In this document: one piece after another, positions 26,965 through 31,212 of the stretch
Position numbering within the stretch: the first letter of the stretch is position 1
How the letters are laid out: the number at the start of each line of letters is the position of its first letter
IMG/VR virus record: IMGVR_UViG_3300020045_003717
Span: 1-31,212 of that record
DNA: 31,212 nt
From: a virus
Taxonomy: Duplodnaviria; Caudoviricetes
Strand: one strand, 5' to 3'
Notes under the pieces: model-generated
What the model was told of the DNA's origin: nothing
Database searches by the model: none
The model's input: only the letters and a program-made list of their open reading frames with translations
Position numbers and translations under genes: made by a program

Positions 26965-27344
26965 ATTTAGATATTGAAACAATCCAAAGTATAGTTTGCA
27001 ATCATTACGGAATTACGCCTAAAACGCTTTTTAAGGCATCAAGGAAGCGCGAAATAATAGAAGTTAGGCATATATTCCATTACCTCGCTAAAAAGTACAC
27101 ACGGCAGACTTATAAAAAAATAGGCGGTTACTCAAACAGAAACTACGCAACAGTTATGCACTCAGTAAATCATATTAACGATATGAAATTTACTGATAAA
27201 AATTTTGAATTGGTAGTTGAAGAAATTGAAATTTATGTAAATGAGTTATCTGATATTTTAAAAAACCACAAAGTTAATTCCCGGAAAAACCCTAACGAAA
27301 TGGCAAGCGAAATTTTAAGCAATCAAATAACCTCAGTTATTTAG
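26961..27344 (+). CDS. Stand-alone DnaA C-terminal (domain IV) HTH protein
   Basis: IETIQSIVCNHYGI...SRKREIIEVRHIFHYLAKKYT...IGG...RNYATVMHSV. Confidence 0.85.
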   Translation: MNLDIETIQSIVCNHYGITPKTLFKASRKREIIEVRHIFHYLAKKYTRQTYKKIGGYSNRNYATVMHSVNHINDMKFTDKNFELVVEEIEIYVNELSDILKNHKVNSRKNPNEMASEILSNQITSVI

Positions 27345-27346
27345 TT

Positions 27347-27994
27347 ATGGCGGTTGATAAAAAGTCATTTGTACTTTATTCAGACTTAATTTTTACGGTC
27401 AGTCAATTACCAAACGACAAAGCCGGTGAACTATTCAAACATATTTTAATGTATGTGAATGATGAGAATCCCGTAACGAATGATCTTATTATCAATATTT
27501 CATTTGAACCGATTAAACAGCAATTAAAACGCGATTTAGTCAAGTATGAATGTAAAAAAGTTCAATGGAGTGAAGCTGGGAAACGTTCAGCGGAATTAAA
27601 AGCGTTGAAGAAAGAAGAAATAAATCAACGAACGTTAACGAACGTTGAAAGTCGTTCAACGGATTCAACTGTTAATGATAATGTTAATGTAAGTGTTAAT
27701 GTTATTAAAAAGAATATAGAAGAGCGTAAATCGGATTTTAAAAAATCCTTCACTCCTTTTTTAGAAAATTATAACAAAATTGATTTAAACGAATTTTTCC
27801 TTTACTGGACCGAACACTCTATAAACGACAAAAAAATGAGATTTGAAAAAGAAAAAAGTTTTGGAATTGAACGCCGACTCGCAACGTGGATGAAAAACAA
27901 AGAAAAATTTGCAGTAAAAGACGGAAAAGAAAAAAAACAAACCGGCGCACAAGCCTTTAAAGATTTAGTTTATGGAACAGCTACAAGTTTATAG
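27347..27994 (+). CDS. Replication initiator (DUF6291-like N-terminus, lambda-O-like role)
   Basis: KKSFVLYSD...AGELFKHIL.YVNDENP; low-complexity linker with DNA repeats; C-terminal FFLYWTE...KMRFE...RRLATW. Confidence 0.75.
   Translation: MAVDKKSFVLYSDLIFTVSQLPNDKAGELFKHILMYVNDENPVTNDLIINISFEPIKQQLKRDLVKYECKKVQWSEAGKRSAELKALKKEEINQRTLTNVESRSTDSTVNDNVNVSVNVIKKNIEERKSDFKKSFTPFLENYNKIDLNEFFLYWTEHSINDKKMRFEKEKSFGIERRLATWMKNKEKFAVKDGKEKKQTGAQAFKDLVYGTATSL
27584..27701. repeat. Iteron-like repeats, probable replication origin
   Basis: AACGAACGTT tandem (27627, 27637); CGTTGAA (27603, 27643) with inverted TTCAACG (27655); TGTTAATG three times at 12-bp period (27670, 27682, 27694). Confidence 0.6.
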
Positions 27995-28718
27995 CAAGCC
28001 GGAACTGGTTTTAATTTCTGAAAAAATGAAATTAAGAGACTATACGCATGAGCAAAGAATGTCACAAACGGCTAATTTAGTTTACAAACTTTTAAATCTC
28101 TTAGGCGTTAACGATGGAAAAACTGAGCACCACGTAGAACTCGCAAGACACATCTCAGATTTTTACGGTCATTTCACTTTTGAACAAATTGAAAAAGCCT
28201 TTGGATTATTCATTGTGGGGAAATTTAAAACAAGACCCTTTCAACAATTAAACGCTGTAGTGTTTGGATTGGTAATGCAAGAATTTGACGAATATCAAAA
28301 AGAGCAGACGAAAGTTTACCGGTTAAACATTCAAGAATTTAAAAACAAAGCAATCCCAATGGAAGCAAAAGATAAAGACGAATTAATGAGGGTTGCGATT
28401 GATAACGCGATTCAAGAATTTAAAAAAACAGGACAAATTGAATTAGCAAGTAGTAAATATGATTGGTTAGACAGTCAAAACAAACTACAAGGCATACGTT
28501 CAACTCCTGAATGGGAAAAGCTAAAGCGAACTAAATATAATTCAGTACAAGCGAGATTAAAGGTTCATTATGAAAATTTAAAATCAGGCAGCCGCGATGA
28601 AAAAATAGAAGTTAAAAACACCTTAAAAGAAATTCAAGAAAATAAAAGCGGAAAAGTGATCTCACAATGTAAACTTGAATTATTAGAAGATTATTTCAGT
28701 CAACAAATTAAGCTATGA
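27972..28718 (+). CDS. Hypothetical replication protein (helicase-loader position)
   Basis: 248 aa directly after the initiator; no Walker A motif seen. Confidence 0.5.
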   Translation: MEQLQVYSKPELVLISEKMKLRDYTHEQRMSQTANLVYKLLNLLGVNDGKTEHHVELARHISDFYGHFTFEQIEKAFGLFIVGKFKTRPFQQLNAVVFGLVMQEFDEYQKEQTKVYRLNIQEFKNKAIPMEAKDKDELMRVAIDNAIQEFKKTGQIELASSKYDWLDSQNKLQGIRSTPEWEKLKRTKYNSVQARLKVHYENLKSGSRDEKIEVKNTLKEIQENKSGKVISQCKLELLEDYFSQQIKL

Positions 28719-29035
28719 AAACAAAAAAATGCACAAAATGCGGAGAAGAAAAAGCACTGAGCGAATACGGAAAACACAAAGACGGAAAACACGGTCTTAG
28801 GGCTTATTGTAAACAATGTCGTTCAGAAATAGCAAAAGAAGAGCGTAAAAATAATCAAAAAATAATATACAAATTTATGTCAAATCACAAAGGCCAATTA
28901 CCAACAGATTACTCAAGGATATTTTTAGAAAAGCAAGAAGCGATGAGCTGGTATGAAAAAAACGGTAAGGGATGCGAAGAAAAATGTAACAGAAAATTAT
29001 ACTTAGCTGAATTAACCATACAAAAACAAGCGTAA
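28715..29035 (+). CDS. Zinc-finger protein
   Basis: KKCTKCGEEK...DG...YCKQC. Confidence 0.7.
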   Translation: MKTKKCTKCGEEKALSEYGKHKDGKHGLRAYCKQCRSEIAKEERKNNQKIIYKFMSNHKGQLPTDYSRIFLEKQEAMSWYEKNGKGCEEKCNRKLYLAELTIQKQA

Positions 29036-29037
29036 AT

Positions 29038-29103
29038 ATGGCTTTACAAATAGCAATAGCCTCAGGATTAATAATGATAATAATAATTTTAAAACTTAAA
29101 TAA
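29038..29103 (+). CDS. 21-aa hydrophobic peptide MALQIAIASGLIMIIIILKLK
   Basis: Starts 2 nt after the upstream stop; TAATG-coupled to the next ORF. Confidence 0.5.
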   Translation: MALQIAIASGLIMIIIILKLK

Positions 29104-29246
29104 TGACAAAACACAGATTTACAGACGAACAAGGCAACGGAATAATCGTTGAAGCCGAAAACAAAGAAAAATCAATAGTGATATTGGAGAGATTGGGAAT
29201 TAATCCGGAAAGTCTTGAATATTCTCAGCCAGTAAATAGCCTTTAA
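29103..29246 (+). CDS. 47-aa hypothetical protein MTKHRFTDEQGNGIIVEAE...
   Basis: Read manually; coupled start. Confidence 0.55.
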   Translation: MTKHRFTDEQGNGIIVEAENKEKSIVILERLGINPESLEYSQPVNSL

Positions 29247-29260
29247 ATTATACAAATGAA

Positions 29261-29464
29261 CTATCTTAAAACCCACTCTTTATTAAGTGCCTTAGCGATA
29301 GCCTCCAGCTTAGAAAGGGTTGGGTTTCCTTTACCTTGTTCTAACATTGAGACCTCACGCTGGCTTAATTTAACGCCGGTTTCTTTTAGAACCATATCAG
29401 CTAATTCAATTTGGGTAATATCAAGAACCCTTCGCGCCTGTCTAATCTCTTTACCTATTTCCAT
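29261..29464 (-). CDS. Second XRE-family HTH regulator
   Basis: IGKEIRQARRVLDITQIELA...SQREVSMLEQGKGNPTLSKL. ATG 29464 preferred because a minus-strand -7 box TATATTTG occupies 29508-29501. Confidence 0.85.
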   Translation of the reverse strand: MEIGKEIRQARRVLDITQIELADMVLKETGVKLSQREVSMLEQGKGNPTLSKLEAIAKALNKEWVLR

Positions 29465-29500
29465 TGGGTCAAATTTATAAAAAAAAGTGTTTTCCATATG

Positions 29501-29601
29501 CAAATATAATACTTATTACATTAATTATTACATAGTAAGAATAAAATATTTAAAATAAATTATATTTTATGTTGTTTATGTTATATTATGTTGTACATTT
29601 A
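29501..29601. promoter_or_regulatory. Divergent promoter region of the accessory operon with repeats
   Basis: Plus strand TTG (29572-29574)-N19-TACATTTA (29594-29601); minus strand TATATTTG (29508-29501); TTATGTT three times (29567, 29576, 29586); TTATTACAT twice (29513, 29525). Confidence 0.6.
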
Positions 29602-29726
29602 CAGAAAATATTAATAAAGCACCGGGAGAGAAACTCAAATAATAAAGTTTATTCATAAATAAAAATTATTATGTAAAATCTAAACAAGACTGCTTCCGGT
29701 TTTTTAACAACTTAAAAAATAAAATT

Positions 29727-29849
29727 ATGAAAACGTTAAAAATTCAATTAGAGATCAACCTTCAAAAAGTATTTATTATTTCCGTAGTGGTTTTAATTAT
29801 CGCAGTTACATTGTTCAATGCCTGTACAGTAGGCTTTCAACCGTCCTAA
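29727..29849 (+). CDS. 40-aa membrane peptide
   Basis: MKTLKIQLEINLQKVFIISVVVLIIAVTLFNACTVGFQPS; A-rich start. Confidence 0.55.
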   Translation: MKTLKIQLEINLQKVFIISVVVLIIAVTLFNACTVGFQPS

Positions 29850-29851
29850 TT

Positions 29852-29965
29852 ATGCGGACAGTTAAAATAATACTCGCATTATCTTTGTTTGCGTTTATCG
29901 TTTTTGAAGTTATAATGGTTTCAAACTCTATTTTAAATGCAATACAGATAAGTATAAATTTTTAA
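29852..29965 (+). CDS. 37-aa membrane peptide
   Basis: MRTVKIILALSLFAFIVFEVIMVSNSILNAIQISINF; 2 nt after the previous stop. Confidence 0.5.
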   Translation: MRTVKIILALSLFAFIVFEVIMVSNSILNAIQISINF

Positions 29966-29977
29966 TAAAAAGAATAC

Positions 29978-30202
29978 ATGACACCAGTAGAATTATTAGA
30001 AGAAATCAAAAAAGACTATTTAGCCAAATTTGAAAACGATCCTGCGATTAATAGGGTTTGCACAGTAATGATTAATGAGTTTAAAGCACGAATTTTAAAA
30101 TTTGATTTGCCTGTTGTTGTAAAATCAGTTAAAGAAAACACAAAAAAACCTTTAACGAATGGGAGTAATGAAGATAGTATAAAAGCATTTTGGAAACCTT
30201 AA
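29978..30202 (+). CDS. Hypothetical protein spanning a GTT core site (LPVVV)
   Basis: 74 aa; core GTTGTAAAA at 30116 is in frame. Confidence 0.7.
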   Translation: MTPVELLEEIKKDYLAKFENDPAINRVCTVMINEFKARILKFDLPVVVKSVKENTKKPLTNGSNEDSIKAFWKP

Positions 30203-30274
30203 AATCGGCTTTAATGTTTTACAATGGAACAAGGTAAGATTAGTGCGAATTAATAAAAACTAAATTTAATAGAT

Positions 30275-30517
30275 ATGGAAGATTTAATTGAAAGACTAGA
30301 GGCTATAAACAAAACACTTTATAGTAAGTTCGGAAGCGAAAGTTATACCGAAAGATGTTTAATACAAGACGTAAAAACCGAAATGCAAGCATTAATTTTA
30401 CCCGTTGTTGTACGGCAAAGCGAACAGTTAGCGGCGTTTGTAGAATGGCATAATGAAAATTACCCAGAAAATTACATTACAAATAGTAGAATAGGATTGT
30501 ACAACATTAGCCAATAA
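30275..30517 (+). CDS. Hypothetical protein starting inside an attC-like loop and spanning a core site (LPVVV)
   Basis: 80 aa; core GTTGTACG at 30407 is in frame; stop lies 3 nt before the inverse core. Confidence 0.7.
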   Translation: MEDLIERLEAINKTLYSKFGSESYTERCLIQDVKTEMQALILPVVVRQSEQLAAFVEWHNENYPENYITNSRIGLYNISQ

Positions 30518-30614
30518 TTGCGTACAACTTACAAGTGCAACCTTTTGTATTTTTTTTAAAAGCGTAGGCAAACTGTGAAACAGAATAGAATTTTAATTTA
30601 AAACAATAAATATT

Positions 30615-30989
30615 ATGCAAACACAAATTTTAATAGGATTGTTCTTTTGCCATTTTTTGGCAGATTACACTCATTTATCAACTTCTTTTATGCTAAACGC
30701 AAAGAGATTAGGAAAACCATTTTACCCAATATTTTTACACGCAACAATACACGCTGTAATAATGCTTTTATTCTTAAATATTGTTTTTGGTATTAATGGA
30801 AATTTATTAATTTATTTATTTCTCATTCAAATAATATCACATTTTTTAATTGATGTTTGGAAAGGTATAATGAATGGTTGGTTTCCTGAATTACAAAACC
30901 CTGCAAATAAATGGCATTGGATTGTTTTTGGATTTGACCAATATTTACACGCATTAATTATAATCACAATGTCTTTTTTAGCGGTGTAG
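30615..30989 (+). CDS. DUF3307 family His-rich membrane protein
   Basis: HFLADY, HATIH, HFLID and GFDQYLH motifs with TM helices. Confidence 0.85.
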   Translation: MQTQILIGLFFCHFLADYTHLSTSFMLNAKRLGKPFYPIFLHATIHAVIMLLFLNIVFGINGNLLIYLFLIQIISHFLIDVWKGIMNGWFPELQNPANKWHWIVFGFDQYLHALIIITMSFLAV

Positions 30990-31177
30990 ATGGCTTAAAA
31001 AACAATATAAAGGCTGCGCGGTGTTGCTGTTTGTTTTGGGTGGATGGAAACAAATTGTAATTGTTGGCGATTCATCGCCCAATATAAACTGCAACGGTGA
31101 AGAATATGAAAAGATGGCATTAATATATAGAATTTTCATATTTTTTTGATAGTAAACTTAAGATTAATAAACGGAAT

Positions 31178-31212
31178 ATGAACGACAATGTAGCCATTTT
31201 TTTATATGCGTT
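31178..31212 (+). CDS. Start of a 3'-truncated ORF (MNDNVAIFLYA...) inside the last attC-like loop
   Basis: ATG with A-rich context; open to the window end; only 11 codons visible. Confidence 0.35.
   Translation, partial: MNDNVAIFLYA

Larger units (their letters stand above)
1..31212. mobile_element. Temperate tailed phage (siphovirus-like) of a Bacteroidota/Flavobacteriaceae host, excised (attP) form, incomplete
   Basis: Contiguous head, tail, lysis, integration, immunity and replication modules; no host housekeeping genes; intact attP internal to the sequence; Bacteroidota-type promoters. Confidence 0.95.
30101..31212. repeat. Array of attC-like paired inverted repeats (integron-cassette-like)
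   Basis: Three core/inverse-core pairs (30116/30217, 30407/30521, 31023/31086) alternate with three arm pairs (30233-30246/30389-30402, 30536-30563/30993-31018, 31104-31118/31193-31207) at a constant AAC-N7 / N4-GTT register. Confidence 0.75.

Noticed and set aside
1056-29480. Many antisense or out-of-frame ORFs in the track (e.g. 1056-1280, 2645-3058, 4683-6015, 8196-9167, 11710-12138, 20724-21041, 22850-23095, 29256-29480)
   Set aside because: They are shadows of well-supported genes, with no motifs or promoters of their own.
31021-31149. GTG-started 42-aa ORF crossing the third core pair
   Set aside because: The start context is GC-rich and atypical, and there is no other support.
30101-31212. 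CRISPR mini-array (GTT...AAC ends resemble CRISPR repeat ends)
   Set aside because: No identical direct repeats, unit lengths vary by hundreds of bases, units contain ORFs, and there are no cas genes.

Overview
The whole window is a low-GC temperate siphovirus-type phage of a Bacteroidota host, most likely Flavobacteriaceae. The host call rests on TTG-N19-TAnnTTTG promoters, A-rich translation starts without Shine-Dalgarno sites and Bacteroidota-typical families such as DUF3127. An intact attP lies in the middle of the sequence (tRNA-Ser 3'-end core at 20239-20253), so this is the excised or virion form rather than an integrated prophage. Gene order is: tail genes, tape measure, ClpP protease/scaffold, major capsid, major tail, portal, adaptor, receptor-binding proteins, lysis (holin-like, GH108 endolysin, u-spanin), metallophosphoesterase, attP, tyrosine integrase, repressor switch, recombination and replication genes (Xis-like, ERF, YqaJ, NinG, DUF6291-like initiator), then a second XRE switch driving an accessory operon. 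No terminase is in the window. The most striking unexplained structure is at 30101-31212: a regular array of attC-like sites (AAC-N7-arm ... arm-N4-GTT). Their loops contain gene starts or a whole gene, and their core sites lie inside coding sequence, imprinting an LPVVV motif on unrelated proteins. This suggests an integron-like gene-cassette array in a phage with no IntI in the window. All family calls are from motif recognition by eye; no searches were run.
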